Positions 20,623 through 29,913 of a DNA stretch of 64,000 nucleotides are shown here, piece by piece. Location of the stretch: assembly GCA_965220745.1 (NCBI GenBank), contig CBDCQT010000005.1:352001-416000 (forward strand), given 5' to 3'. Every line of letters begins with the position of its first letter. Position 1 is the first letter of the stretch. Made by a program: the position numbers and the translations under genes. The notes beneath the pieces are model-generated. The model was not told the origin of the DNA, did no database searches, and worked only from the letters and a program-made list of their open reading frames with translations. The DNA is from Alphaproteobacteria bacterium. Lineage in GTDB: Bacteria; Pseudomonadota; Alphaproteobacteria; UBA828.

Positions 20623-21630
20623 GTGAAAGCCTGGGAACTCGGCGCACAACAGGGCAGCGTGGACAGCCTGCGGATGGTCGAACGCCCCGATCCCATCCCG
20701 GCGCCGGGCGAGGCCCTGGTCCGCATCCGGGCGAGCGCGCTCAACTACCGCGATCACATGATCCTCAACCTGATCGACAGCGCGCCCAAGCCCGCGCACC
20801 GGATCCCGCTGAGCGACGGCGCCGGCGACGTCGTGGCGGTGGGCGCCGGTGTGGATCGGGTCAAGCCCGGTGACCGGGTGATGGTGAGCCTCTTCACGAG
20901 CTGGCTCGACGGCCCGCTGCAGCCTTCTCATTTCGGCAGCGACCTCGGCGGCGGGTGCGACGGGACACTGGCGGAGCTCGCCGCCTTTCCGGCTTCGTCG
21001 CTCGTGGCAGTCCCGGATTCGCTCAGCGACGAAGAGGCAGCCTGCCTCCCCTGCGCTGCGCTTACCGCCTGGGTCTCGCTGGTCGAGTTCGGGCAGATGA
21101 AGGCGGGCGACACGGTGCTGCTGCTCGGCACCGGCGGCGTCTCCATCTTCGGCCTTCAAATCGCGCGGATGATGGGGGCGGACGCGGTCATCACCTCGTC
21201 GAGTGACCACAAGCTCGCACGCGCCCGCGCACTGGGCGCCACTCACGGCATCAACTACAGGGACGATCCCTACTGGGGCCAGACCGTCGCCGAACTCACC
21301 GGGGGCGCCGATCTCATCATCGAGACCGGTGGCGCCGCCACGCTCGCCCAGAGCATCGAGGCGGCCGCCTTCCAGGCGCGCATCGCGCTGATCGGCATGC
21401 TAGGCGGGGTCGGTATCGAGAACGACCCGCTCGCGCTGATCTGGAAGAACGTCCACCTCAAGGGCATTCTGGTGGGCAACCGGCGCGAATTGGATGAGAT
21501 GACCAGGGCGATTGATCGCAACGGGCTTAAGCCCGTGATCGACCGGCGCTTCCCGTTCGCCGAGGCTCCCGCCGCCTACCGCTACCTCGCCTCAGGCGCG
21601 CATTTCGGCAAGATAGTGATTACCCACTAA
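20623..21630 (+). CDS. MDR-superfamily NAD(P)-dependent alcohol dehydrogenase / quinone reductase-like protein
   Basis: ALNYRD, PLSDGAG, LPCAALTAW, GTGGVS, HFGKIVI; GGAGGAG RBS. Confidence 0.88.
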   Translation: MKAWELGAQQGSVDSLRMVERPDPIPAPGEALVRIRASALNYRDHMILNLIDSAPKPAHRIPLSDGAGDVVAVGAGVDRVKPGDRVMVSLFTSWLDGPLQPSHFGSDLGGGCDGTLAELAAFPASSLVAVPDSLSDEEAACLPCAALTAWVSLVEFGQMKAGDTVLLLGTGGVSIFGLQIARMMGADAVITSSSDHKLARARALGATHGINYRDDPYWGQTVAELTGGADLIIETGGAATLAQSIEAAAFQARIALIGMLGGVGIENDPLALIWKNVHLKGILVGNRRELDEMTRAIDRNGLKPVIDRRFPFAEAPAAYRYLASGAHFGKIVITH

Positions 21631-21658
21631 GGGACACCGGGGGCAGCCCCAGTGCCCC
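21631..21658. terminator. GC-rich hairpin between convergent genes
   Basis: GGGACACCGGGGG-CAG-CCCCAGTGCCCC imperfect inverted repeat; no U-tract. Confidence 0.35.
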
Positions 21659-21659
21659 G

Positions 21660-22106
21660 TCAATAGGTGTTCAGCTTTTCGAGATTGCTCTTGCGCAGCT
21701 CGTCCTCGGTCAGGCCCAGATCGTAAGCCGGCGAGAGGATCAGTTCGGCTGCCGTCACGGCGATCTTCACGTAGGCGCCCATGCGGGGCCGGTACGGGCC
21801 CCACGCGGCTTCGAAGGCGTCTTCGAGCGCGCCATTGGCCTCGCTTGGGCTAACGATCGCGGCCGTGCCGGTGACCCGCACCGCTCTGCGGGTGACGACG
21901 TCGGTGAAGCAGACCTCGATCGCAGGATTGCGGCGCAGGTTCGCGACCGTTCCCGGCGAGCGGATATGGCCGAAGGCGAGGGTGCAGTCGTCCAGAATCA
22001 CGAACGTGGCCTTGGGCGAGACCGACGGCGTGCCGTCGGCGTTCACCGTCGCGACGGCGCCGGCGGAAAACCGCCCGATCAGCGTCTGCATCTCGTCGGT
22101 CAGCAT
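21660..22106 (-). CDS. Pyridoxamine 5'-phosphate oxidase-like FMN-binding protein
   Basis: VATVNADGTPSVSPK, RSPGTVANLRRNP split-barrel motifs; GGAG RBS. Confidence 0.85.
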   Translation of the reverse strand: MLTDEMQTLIGRFSAGAVATVNADGTPSVSPKATFVILDDCTLAFGHIRSPGTVANLRRNPAIEVCFTDVVTRRAVRVTGTAAIVSPSEANGALEDAFEAAWGPYRPRMGAYVKIAVTAAELILSPAYDLGLTEDELRKSNLEKLNTY

Positions 22107-22129
22107 CGTGCTATCTCCACTGGCGGGAC

Positions 22130-22597
22130 CTACGGATTCGCGCCCCAGTCCGGGTCGTCGCTGGGCGCGGCCGGGGCCTCGCCGGCGAGCAGGCCCTTGC
22201 CCGGAATATGGTTGATCTCCAGGCGAATGCCATCGGGGTCCTCAAAGACCACGAAGTAGTAGCCGGGCGCCCACTCCCGCTCCATCGGCCCTCGGTCGAT
22301 TGCAGCCCCCATCGCGCGCAGCTTCGCCGCCGCCTTGTCGACGTCCTCGCGCGAACGCGCACGCAGACACAAATGGTGCAGACCCACCCGGCCCTGCACG
22401 AAGCGCTCACCCTTATGGTCCGGCGCCGCGCGCTGGATGCCGAGCGCGGTACGCCCGCCCACGTGATAGACGAAGTGGTTGCCGTCGAAGACCTTGTGCA
22501 TGCCGAGAAAGGGTAGCAGCTCGCAGTAGAACGCCCGCGCCTCGTCGAAGCGGCTTACGGTGAGCACGACGTGGGCCATGCCGTTGATCTCGATCAT
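22130..22597 (-). CDS. VOC (glyoxalase/bleomycin resistance) family protein
   Basis: HVVLTV..ARAFY, GLHHLCL, YYFVVFEDPDGIRLE. Confidence 0.88.
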   Translation of the reverse strand: MIEINGMAHVVLTVSRFDEARAFYCELLPFLGMHKVFDGNHFVYHVGGRTALGIQRAAPDHKGERFVQGRVGLHHLCLRARSREDVDKAAAKLRAMGAAIDRGPMEREWAPGYYFVVFEDPDGIRLEINHIPGKGLLAGEAPAAPSDDPDWGANP

Positions 22598-22676
22598 CGG
22601 GTTCCTCTGGATCGGCTATCGACGTGAAGACCGGGGCGGTCGGCACCGCTCAGAACCGCGATCACTGGTCTTTCGA

Positions 22677-23732
22677 TCAGGCGGCCTTGGACCCCAGCGG
22701 CTGACCGCCGCCGAGGCGGTTGAAGACTGCGAGCGACTCCTCGATCAGCGCCCGTTCCAACCCGCGCACGATAAAGACCACGCGGGATTGACGGCTCTCG
22801 TCCGGCCAGGCGTCGAGATGCATCGGTGGGTGGATGATGTGCTGCACGCCGTTGATGACGATCGGCGTGTCCACGCCCTCGACGTTCAATAGCCCCTTCA
22901 CCCGCAGGATGTTCTCACCGTGGGTGTGAAGCAGCATGGTGAGCCAGATGCCGAAGGCGGTCCAATCCACCGGCTCGTCATGGATCAGGCAGAAGGAATA
23001 GATGCTGGCGTCGTGACGGTTGACGTCGTGAACGTGGCCGTGCGCGTGAGGCGCCTCCGCCTCCGCTTCGATCCAGCGCAGCACTTCCTGGCCCTTTTCG
23101 GCGGGGTCGTAAACATCGGCGCGGAGCACGCGCTCCACATCGACCTCGCCATGCCGCCCGATCAGGAATTCGGCGGACGGGTTGATCTGGTCGAGGCGCT
23201 GCCTCAGGGTCTCCACCGCCTCCGCCTCGGCGATGTCGGTCTTGGTCAGCACGATGCGATCCGCCACCGCTGCCTGCTTGAGCGATTCCTCCTGGCGGTC
23301 GAGCTGGTCCAGGCCGTTCACCGCATCGACCGTCGTGATGATCGTGCCGAGGCGATAGTGGTAGCGGAGCGAGACGTCGTTCATCAGCGTCGCGAGGATC
23401 GGCGCAGGATCGGCGAGCCCGGTGGTCTCCACGATCATGCGCCGATAAGGCGGCACAAGGCCGCGCGCACGCTTGTCGTGAACCTCCGTGATCGCCTGCT
23501 TGAGGTCGTCGCGGATGGTGCAGCAGAGGCAGCCGCTGGAAAGAAGGACCGTGCTCTCGTCCACGGTTTCGACGAGCTGGTGGTCGATGCCGATCTCGCC
23601 GAACTCGTTGATGAGGACCGCCGCGTCGTCGAGCGAGGGATGCTTCAAGAGCTGGTTGAGCAGCGTCGTCTTGCCGCTGCCCAGGAAGCCCGTCAGCACG
23701 ATGATCGGCGTCAGTTCCGTGTAGGCGCTCAG
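22677..23732 (-). CDS. COG0523/CobW-family G3E GTPase metallochaperone (probable CTG start)
   Basis: TGFLGSGKTT, INEFG, GCLCC, ETTGLADP, TKTD, short His-rich linker, ILRVKG; frame extends upstream to a CTG at 23732 preceded by GGAGAG. Confidence 0.9.
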   Translation of the reverse strand: MSAYTELTPIIVLTGFLGSGKTTLLNQLLKHPSLDDAAVLINEFGEIGIDHQLVETVDESTVLLSSGCLCCTIRDDLKQAITEVHDKRARGLVPPYRRMIVETTGLADPAPILATLMNDVSLRYHYRLGTIITTVDAVNGLDQLDRQEESLKQAAVADRIVLTKTDIAEAEAVETLRQRLDQINPSAEFLIGRHGEVDVERVLRADVYDPAEKGQEVLRWIEAEAEAPHAHGHVHDVNRHDASIYSFCLIHDEPVDWTAFGIWLTMLLHTHGENILRVKGLLNVEGVDTPIVINGVQHIIHPPMHLDAWPDESRQSRVVFIVRGLERALIEESLAVFNRLGGGQPLGSKAA

Positions 23733-23777
23733 CGCGGTCTCTCCCTCGTGGCCTTCGCTACGGGGCGGGCGGCCCGG

Positions 23778-24662
23778 TCAGGCCGCGTCCTCGGCGGCGA
23801 CGCTGCCCTTGCGCCGGTGGCGCTTCGCCTCGTCGGCAACCGCCGACGCATCGGCATCGTAGACAAGGCGGTCTGCGCCCGCGAGCGCGACGAAGCGCTT
23901 GCCGCGCGCGCGACCGATCAGCGTGAGATTGGCCTGGCGGGCGAGCTCGACCCCCCAGGCGGTGAAGCCCGAGCGCGAGATCAGGATCGGGATGCCCATG
24001 GTCACCGTCTTGATGACCATTTCGCTGGTGAGCCGCCCGGTGGTGTACATGATCTTGCCGGAGGCCCCGATTCCGTTCTGGAACATGTAGCCCGCGATCT
24101 TGTCGATGGCGTTGTGCCGGCCGACATCCTCCATGTAGATGAGCGGCCGCCCTTCTTCGCACAGCACGCAGCCGTGGATGGCGCCCGCCGCGAGATAGAG
24201 GCTCGGCTGCATGTTGATGGCTCGGCTCAGCGCGTAGAGCCACGAGGTCTTGAGGCGGGCCTCCGGGTCCAGCACCGTCGTCTCGAAGCGCTCCATCAGG
24301 TCGCCAAATACCGTGCCCTGGGCGCAACCCGAGGTGAGCGTCTTCTTGCGCAGCGTCTCTTCGAAGTCGGTCTCGCGCCGGGTGCGAACGACGACTGTCT
24401 CGATGTCCTCGTCGTACTCGACGCCGGTTACCTCGTCGTCGTGGCGCAGCATGTTCTGGTTGAGCAGATAACCCAAAGCCAGATACTCAGGGTAGTCGCG
24501 GATCGTCATTACCGTGACGATCTCCTGCCCGTTGAGGAAGAGCGTCAGCGGCCGTTCCTCGACGACGCGAGCCTCGATCGCCGCGCCGTCTTGATCAACG
24601 CCGTCGAGCAGGCGCGTGAGATGCCCGTCGTCCGGGTCCGGCTTGACCACGAATGTTCGCAT
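23778..24662 (-). CDS. fdhD: Formate dehydrogenase accessory sulfurtransferase FdhD
   Basis: EERPLTL, TSGCAQG, AGAIHG, EDVGRHNAIDK, TTGRLTSEMVIK. Confidence 0.92.
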   Translation of the reverse strand: MRTFVVKPDPDDGHLTRLLDGVDQDGAAIEARVVEERPLTLFLNGQEIVTVMTIRDYPEYLALGYLLNQNMLRHDDEVTGVEYDEDIETVVVRTRRETDFEETLRKKTLTSGCAQGTVFGDLMERFETTVLDPEARLKTSWLYALSRAINMQPSLYLAAGAIHGCVLCEEGRPLIYMEDVGRHNAIDKIAGYMFQNGIGASGKIMYTTGRLTSEMVIKTVTMGIPILISRSGFTAWGVELARQANLTLIGRARGKRFVALAGADRLVYDADASAVADEAKRHRRKGSVAAEDAA

Positions 24663-24771
24663 GGGGCGCAGGGTGCCACGGCCTTGCGCCGGGTTCCAGA
24701 ACCCTGCACCCGGCTCCTATTCCCGCAGGACTCTGCGATACTAGTCAGGATAGCGGTGGAGTCGCCGACTC

Positions 24772-26208
24772 ATGACACGCAAGACATCCCCGGCCGCGCC
24801 GCCGACGCCCGAGGCAGGCGAGGCGAACGCGCCCAACCGCATGTGGGGCGGCCGGTTCGAGGCATCGCCCGACGAGGTGATGGAGGCGATCAACGCCTCC
24901 ATCGATTTCGACCGCAGGCTCTACGCCGAGGACATCGCGGGCTCCATCGCCCACGTGACCATGCTGGCCAAGCAGGGGATCGTCTCGCTGGGGGACGCAG
25001 ACGCGATCGCGGACGGCCTGCGTCGGGTGCAGGCGGAAATCGAGGCCGGTGGCTTTCCCTTCGACCGCGCGCTCGAAGACATCCACATGAACATCGAAGC
25101 CCGGCTCGCCGCCTTGATCGGCCCGGCGGCCGGGCGCCTACACACTGCGCGCTCGCGCAACGACCAGGTTGCCACCGACCTGCGCCTCTGGCTGCGCGCG
25201 CGTCTCGACCAGGCGGACGAGGCATGCCACGCCCTTCAGGCCGCGCTTATCGACCGGGCCGAGGAGCACGCGGCAACGGTCATGCCGGGCTTCACCCATC
25301 TTCAGGTGGCGCAGCCGGTCTCCTTCGGCCATCACCTCCTGGCCTACGTCGAGATGATCGGGCGGGACCGCGGGCGCCTCGCCGACTGCCGCAAGCGGCT
25401 CAACGAATCGCCGCTCGGCGCCGCCGCGCTCGCCGGCACCTCGTTTCCCATCGACCGGGCCATGACCGCCGAGCTGCTCGGCTTCGATCGGCCCGCAGCC
25501 AATTCCATCGACGCGGTCTCAGATCGCGACTTCGTGGTGGAGGCGCTGGCGGCGGCGTCGCTGATCGCCATGCACCTCTCGCGCTTCGCGGAGGAGCTGG
25601 TGCTCTGGTCGAGCGCGCAATTCGGTTTCATCGCGCTCTCGGACCGCTTCTCGACCGGCAGCTCGATCATGCCGCAAAAGCGCAACCCGGATGCCGCCGA
25701 GCTGGTGCGCGGCAAGAGCGGGCGCATCGTCGGCGCGCTGATCGCCCTGCTGACCATGATGAAGGGCCTCGCGCTCACCTATTCGAAGGACATGCAGGAG
25801 GACAAGGAGCCTCTCTTCGATGCCTTCGATTCGCTCGCGCTCTGCCTCGCGGCAACGACCGGCATGGTCCGCGACATGACCGTGAACGCGGACGCGATGG
25901 CCCGCGCCGCCGGGACCGGCCATGCGACCGCCACCGACCTCGCCGACTGGCTGGTGCAGGAGGCCGGCATTCCCTTCCGGGAGGCCCACGCGATCACCGG
26001 GCGGATCGTGAAGCTCGCGGATGAGAAGGGCTGCGAACTCAAGGATTTGGCGCTGGCCGACCTGCAGGCCATCGAGCCTCGGATTACCGCCGACGTGGTA
26101 GCGTTGCTCGACCCCGCCACGGCCATCGCGCGCCGCACCAGCGAGGGTGGCACCGCGCCCAGCGAGGTCGCGAAACAGGTTGCCCGCGCCCGGCAGCGTT
26201 TCCTATAG
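24772..26208 (+). CDS. argH: Argininosuccinate lyase
   Basis: [41 protein letters not shown]. Confidence 0.97.
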   Translation: MTRKTSPAAPPTPEAGEANAPNRMWGGRFEASPDEVMEAINASIDFDRRLYAEDIAGSIAHVTMLAKQGIVSLGDADAIADGLRRVQAEIEAGGFPFDRALEDIHMNIEARLAALIGPAAGRLHTARSRNDQVATDLRLWLRARLDQADEACHALQAALIDRAEEHAATVMPGFTHLQVAQPVSFGHHLLAYVEMIGRDRGRLADCRKRLNESPLGAAALAGTSFPIDRAMTAELLGFDRPAANSIDAVSDRDFVVEALAAASLIAMHLSRFAEELVLWSSAQFGFIALSDRFSTGSSIMPQKRNPDAAELVRGKSGRIVGALIALLTMMKGLALTYSKDMQEDKEPLFDAFDSLALCLAATTGMVRDMTVNADAMARAAGTGHATATDLADWLVQEAGIPFREAHAITGRIVKLADEKGCELKDLALADLQAIEPRITADVVALLDPATAIARRTSEGGTAPSEVAKQVARARQRFL

Positions 26209-26256
26209 AAGCGCGCCCCGGCCGGTGTGCCGGGGCCGCCCGGAGGGCCGGATCAC

Positions 26257-26409
26257 ATGATACGCAAACTCAGCCTCCTGATGACGCTCATCGCCGCGAT
26301 CGGCCTGGTGGTTGCCTTGTCGAGCTGCGGCAGAAAGGGGCCGCTCGAGCCCCCGCCCGCCGAGGCTCACGTGCTGCCCCCAGCCGCACCTGCCACGTAC
26401 CAAGCCTGA
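26257..26409 (+). CDS. Small lipoprotein, LptM/YifL-like
   Basis: Lipobox ALSSC followed by GRKGPLEPP; conserved position between argH and lysA. Confidence 0.82.
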   Translation: MIRKLSLLMTLIAAIGLVVALSSCGRKGPLEPPPAEAHVLPPAAPATYQA

Positions 26410-26421
26410 CGGGCGCTTAAC

Positions 26422-27690
26422 GTGGACGCATTCGTCTATCGGCAGGAGAATGGCAGCCGCGTTCTCCACGCCGAGGGGGTCTCGCTTCCCGCCATCGCGG
26501 CGCAGTTCGGCACGCCCACCTATTGCTACGCGAACGCGGTTCTCGTCGCCCGCTACCACGCGCTCGCCCAGGCTGCGCCTAACGCGCTGGTCTGCTACGC
26601 GGTCAAGGCCAACGACACCCTCGCGGTGATCCGCACGTTCGCCCGCCTGGGCGCCGGCGCCGATATCATCTCGGGTGGCGAGCTGCGCGGCGCGCTCCGG
26701 GCCGGCATCGCACCGGATCGCCTGGTGTTCGCCGGGCCGGGCAAGACGCGGGACGAGATGGATCTGGCGCTCGCTACCGGAGTCGGGCAGTTCAACGTCG
26801 AATCCCCAGCCGAGCTTGAGGCCCTCGACGCAGCCGCCCGCGCCGCCGGCACACGTGCGCCGGTCGCGCTCCGCGTCAACCCGGACGTCGATGCCGAGAC
26901 CCACGACAAGATCGCCACCGGCCGGCGCGGCGACAAGTTCGGGATCGACGACGCGGAGATTCCGGCGCTTTACGCGCACGCTGCCGCGCTGGAGGGGATC
27001 GAGCCGGTCGGGCTTGCCGTGCACATCGGCTCGCAACTCTCGCGTCTCGCGCCGTTCGAGGCCGCTTTCGACCGGCTCATCGCACTGGTGGAGGGTCTGC
27101 GCGAGGCCGGACACCCGGTGACCCGGCTCAACCTCGGCGGTGGCCTTGGCGTGCGCTACCGGGACGAGACGCCGCCCGATATCGAGGCCTACGGCGCGCT
27201 GGTCGAGCGCGTCCGCCAGCGCCTCGGCGTGACGCTGGTGATCGAGCCCGGCCGCTGGCTGGTGGCGCCGGCGGGCGTCCTGCTCACCCGGGTGATTACG
27301 GTCAAGCAGGCCGGCGCGCGCTGCTGGGCGATCGTCGATGCCGCCATGAACGACCTGATGCGGCCCGCGCTCTACGACGCCTGGCATGGCATCGACCCGG
27401 TAGCGGAGCCTGCGCCCGGTGCCGGAACGGTCGAGACCGATATTGCCGGGCCGGTCTGCGAGAGCGGCGATGTGCTGGGCCGTGGACGGCAGTTGCCGCC
27501 GCTGGCCGCCGGCGACCTGCTGGCGGTGCGCGATGTCGGCGCCTATGGCTCGGTCATGGCATCGACCTACAACGGGCGGCCGCTGGCGGCCGAGGTCATG
27601 GTGCGCGGCGACGCGCTTGCCTGCATCCGGCCGCGCCAGGATCATGAGGCGTTGCTGGCGCGCGACGAGGTTCCGTCCTGGCTCGCTTGA
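26422..27690 (+). CDS. lysA: Diaminopimelate decarboxylase
   Basis: YAVKAN, RVNPDV, HIGSQ, GGG, EPGR, GPVCESGD, GAYG..MASTYN. Confidence 0.95.
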   Translation: MDAFVYRQENGSRVLHAEGVSLPAIAAQFGTPTYCYANAVLVARYHALAQAAPNALVCYAVKANDTLAVIRTFARLGAGADIISGGELRGALRAGIAPDRLVFAGPGKTRDEMDLALATGVGQFNVESPAELEALDAAARAAGTRAPVALRVNPDVDAETHDKIATGRRGDKFGIDDAEIPALYAHAAALEGIEPVGLAVHIGSQLSRLAPFEAAFDRLIALVEGLREAGHPVTRLNLGGGLGVRYRDETPPDIEAYGALVERVRQRLGVTLVIEPGRWLVAPAGVLLTRVITVKQAGARCWAIVDAAMNDLMRPALYDAWHGIDPVAEPAPGAGTVETDIAGPVCESGDVLGRGRQLPPLAAGDLLAVRDVGAYGSVMASTYNGRPLAAEVMVRGDALACIRPRQDHEALLARDEVPSWLA

Positions 27691-27716
27691 GGGCTAATCC
27701 GCCGCGGCGTGCCGCG

Positions 27717-28334
27717 CTAATCCTCATCATCGGCGACGAAGCCGACCGAAACTTTCGCTGCTCCCTCCGGCGGATTCTCGAGCCAGCTCTCGAAGGGTGT
27801 CGATTGTCCACCATCAAGAACCCGCGCGAGCGCCGCCACCGGCCACCGATGCAGCGTGGAGCCCGTCTCGTCCGCAAGCGTCGCGCGGAGCGGCGGCAGC
27901 CTGCGGCCCTTCTCCGTGGTGTTCTGCACGAGGCCGCGCACGAGCAGAATGATCCTGTCGCCGTCCTTCACCCGTTCCGACTGCACGTCGACGATGCGCA
28001 GGCCTTGCGCCTGCGGGGCCTGGACCGGCAGGCCGACGGCATCGTAGATGCTGACCGTGCCCGGCCAGCTCGTGACGATCGCGTTGCGCGCGAGTGCAAG
28101 GCCTGCGAGGGCGGCAATCACGAAGAGCCCTGCCGCGGCCCAGCCGGCCCATGCCGGCGGGCGATCCAGCGGCACCGGAGCCACCCTCGAGTCGGATACG
28201 TCGGGCGTATCGGTGCCCGGCGTCTGGTGCCAGACATGGCCGCAGTTCGTGCATCGCACCCGGCGCCCCGCTTCGCCGAGGGCGGCCGGATCGACCAGGT
28301 AGCGGGTCCTGCAAGCAGAGCAGCGTACGATCAT
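27717..28334 (-). CDS. MJ0042-type zinc-ribbon / DUF3426 bitopic protein (ZitP-like)
   Basis: CSAC...VRCTNCGHVW, TM helix, WPG...Y...G and C-terminal Ig-like region. Confidence 0.85.
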   Translation of the reverse strand: MIVRCSACRTRYLVDPAALGEAGRRVRCTNCGHVWHQTPGTDTPDVSDSRVAPVPLDRPPAWAGWAAAGLFVIAALAGLALARNAIVTSWPGTVSIYDAVGLPVQAPQAQGLRIVDVQSERVKDGDRIILLVRGLVQNTTEKGRRLPPLRATLADETGSTLHRWPVAALARVLDGGQSTPFESWLENPPEGAAKVSVGFVADDED

Positions 28335-28482
28335 GGGGAGCCGCGCGGGCGTCCTCTCTTCGAATCACGGCCTGTCACACGAGCATTCCGACCAAGTCAC
28401 TTCGCAGCCCGCCCTGTCAACCCCAGCGCTCGGATGCGCGGGAAGACTGCACACCGCCCTGCCGCCCAAGCGGCGGCCCGAC

Positions 28483-29172
28483 GTGGAGGCTAAGCCCTCT
28501 CCGGCCCTTCGGCGATGGACGCGCCGCACCGCGCGCGCGGTGCTCGTGGCGGTCGTGGTTCTCGCGCTGCTCTGGTCGGGCGGGCTGGCGTGGTTCGCCG
28601 ACACGGCGGGCGAGGGGACCCAACAACCCGATCTCGCGACCGAGGCAATCGTCGTCCCGACCGGGGGCTCCGGCCGGTTGGAGGAGGGGCTGCGCCTGCT
28701 CGAAAGCGGGCTCGCGCAGGCGCTCTTCGTCACCGGCGTCGCCGAAGGGGTCGAGAGCGCGGAGCTGCGCGCGCGCCACGATCCGGCGCTCTGGGCCTGC
28801 TGCGTGGAGCTCGGCTACCAGGCCGAGGATACCGCCGCGAATGCGCAGGAAGCGGCGGCGTGGATGGCGGCCCGCGCTTTCACGAGCCTCCGCCTGGTCA
28901 CGAGCGGCTACCACATGCCGCGCGCCATGATGGAGTTCCGAAGCGCCATGCCAAGTGCTACTCTCGTGGCACATCCTGTATTTCCGGAACACGTCAAGGT
29001 CGAGCATTGGTGGCGCTATCGCGGGACCGCGGCCCTGATCGCGAGCGAGTTCACCAAGTATCTGTGGGCACTGGCGCGCCGGACTCTCGGGTTTGGCAAA
29101 CGCCGCCGCACACCCTTGGGAACACGCTCCGCTCGGTGCTCTGCACGGTCGCATTCTACACCTGGGGGGTGA
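28483..29172 (+). CDS. YdcF/DUF218 family protein
   Basis: N-terminal TM helix, AIVVPTGG..RL, DTAANA, VTSGYHMPRA, SEFTKY; start uncertain. Confidence 0.87.
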   Translation: MEAKPSPALRRWTRRTARAVLVAVVVLALLWSGGLAWFADTAGEGTQQPDLATEAIVVPTGGSGRLEEGLRLLESGLAQALFVTGVAEGVESAELRARHDPALWACCVELGYQAEDTAANAQEAAAWMAARAFTSLRLVTSGYHMPRAMMEFRSAMPSATLVAHPVFPEHVKVEHWWRYRGTAALIASEFTKYLWALARRTLGFGKRRRTPLGTRSARCSARSHSTPGG

Positions 29173-29876
29173 TGATCGGCACCGTGATGGTGCCGATGCT
29201 GCTGACGCCGCGCCCCTTGTTCCGCCGCTTCGTGGTCACCTGGTCTGCCGGTAACGGCGTCCTGCTCCGCATCATCGCCGGCGTCCATTCCGAGATTCGG
29301 AACCGCCAGTACAGGCCCACCGGCGCCGCCATCATCGCGTCCAAGCATCAGTCGGAGTGGGAGGCCCACGTCTTCCTGCACGAGCTCGACGACCCCGCCT
29401 ACGTGATCAAGAAGGAGCTCTCCTACGTTCCAGGCTACGGCTGGTTTTCAGCCAAGGTGAACATGATCTTCGTCGACCGCGAAGGTGGCGGAAAGTCGCT
29501 GCGAGCGTTGGTCAAGGGCGCGAAGAAGGCCGTGGCACGCGGCCGTCCGGTCGTGATCTTCCCCGAGGGCACGCGGGTGAAGCCGGGGGAGAAGCTGCCC
29601 TACCGGCCCGGCGTCGCCGCGCTCTACGGCGCTCTCGACGTGCCGGTCGTGCCGGTGGTTCTCACCTCGGGCATGCACTGGCCCAAGGGCTCCATCCGGC
29701 GCTATCCCGGCACCATCGTCATGGAGTATCTGCGGCCGATCCCGCCGGGGTTGCCGCGGCGGGAATTCCTGGAACGCCTCGAGTCTTCGATGGAGGAGGC
29801 ATCGCAGAGGCTCTTCGCGGAAGCCTGTGGCGCCCCGCAGGATGAGCCCTCCTCCTCACAGTCCGACGCGGCCTGA
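29169..29876 (+). CDS. plsC: 1-acyl-sn-glycerol-3-phosphate acyltransferase (start uncertain)
   Basis: SKHQSEWE, KKEL, FVDR, IFPEGTR; GTG start overlaps the ydcF stop, while homologous-looking sequence extends to about 29120. Confidence 0.9.
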   Translation: MMIGTVMVPMLLTPRPLFRRFVVTWSAGNGVLLRIIAGVHSEIRNRQYRPTGAAIIASKHQSEWEAHVFLHELDDPAYVIKKELSYVPGYGWFSAKVNMIFVDREGGGKSLRALVKGAKKAVARGRPVVIFPEGTRVKPGEKLPYRPGVAALYGALDVPVVPVVLTSGMHWPKGSIRRYPGTIVMEYLRPIPPGLPRREFLERLESSMEEASQRLFAEACGAPQDEPSSSQSDAA

Positions 29877-29913
29877 CCTACACGCCCGTCTCGCTGATCG
29901 TATCGTCGCTGGT

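Noticed and set aside
22920-26024. 1034-aa plus-strand ORF and other very long alternative-frame ORFs (44014-46995, 29878-32355, 4157-6046, 45257-47230)
   Set aside because: They overlap well-supported genes, have Arg/Gly/Ala/Pro-biased or antisense-type composition and no motifs; typical shadow ORFs in high-GC DNA
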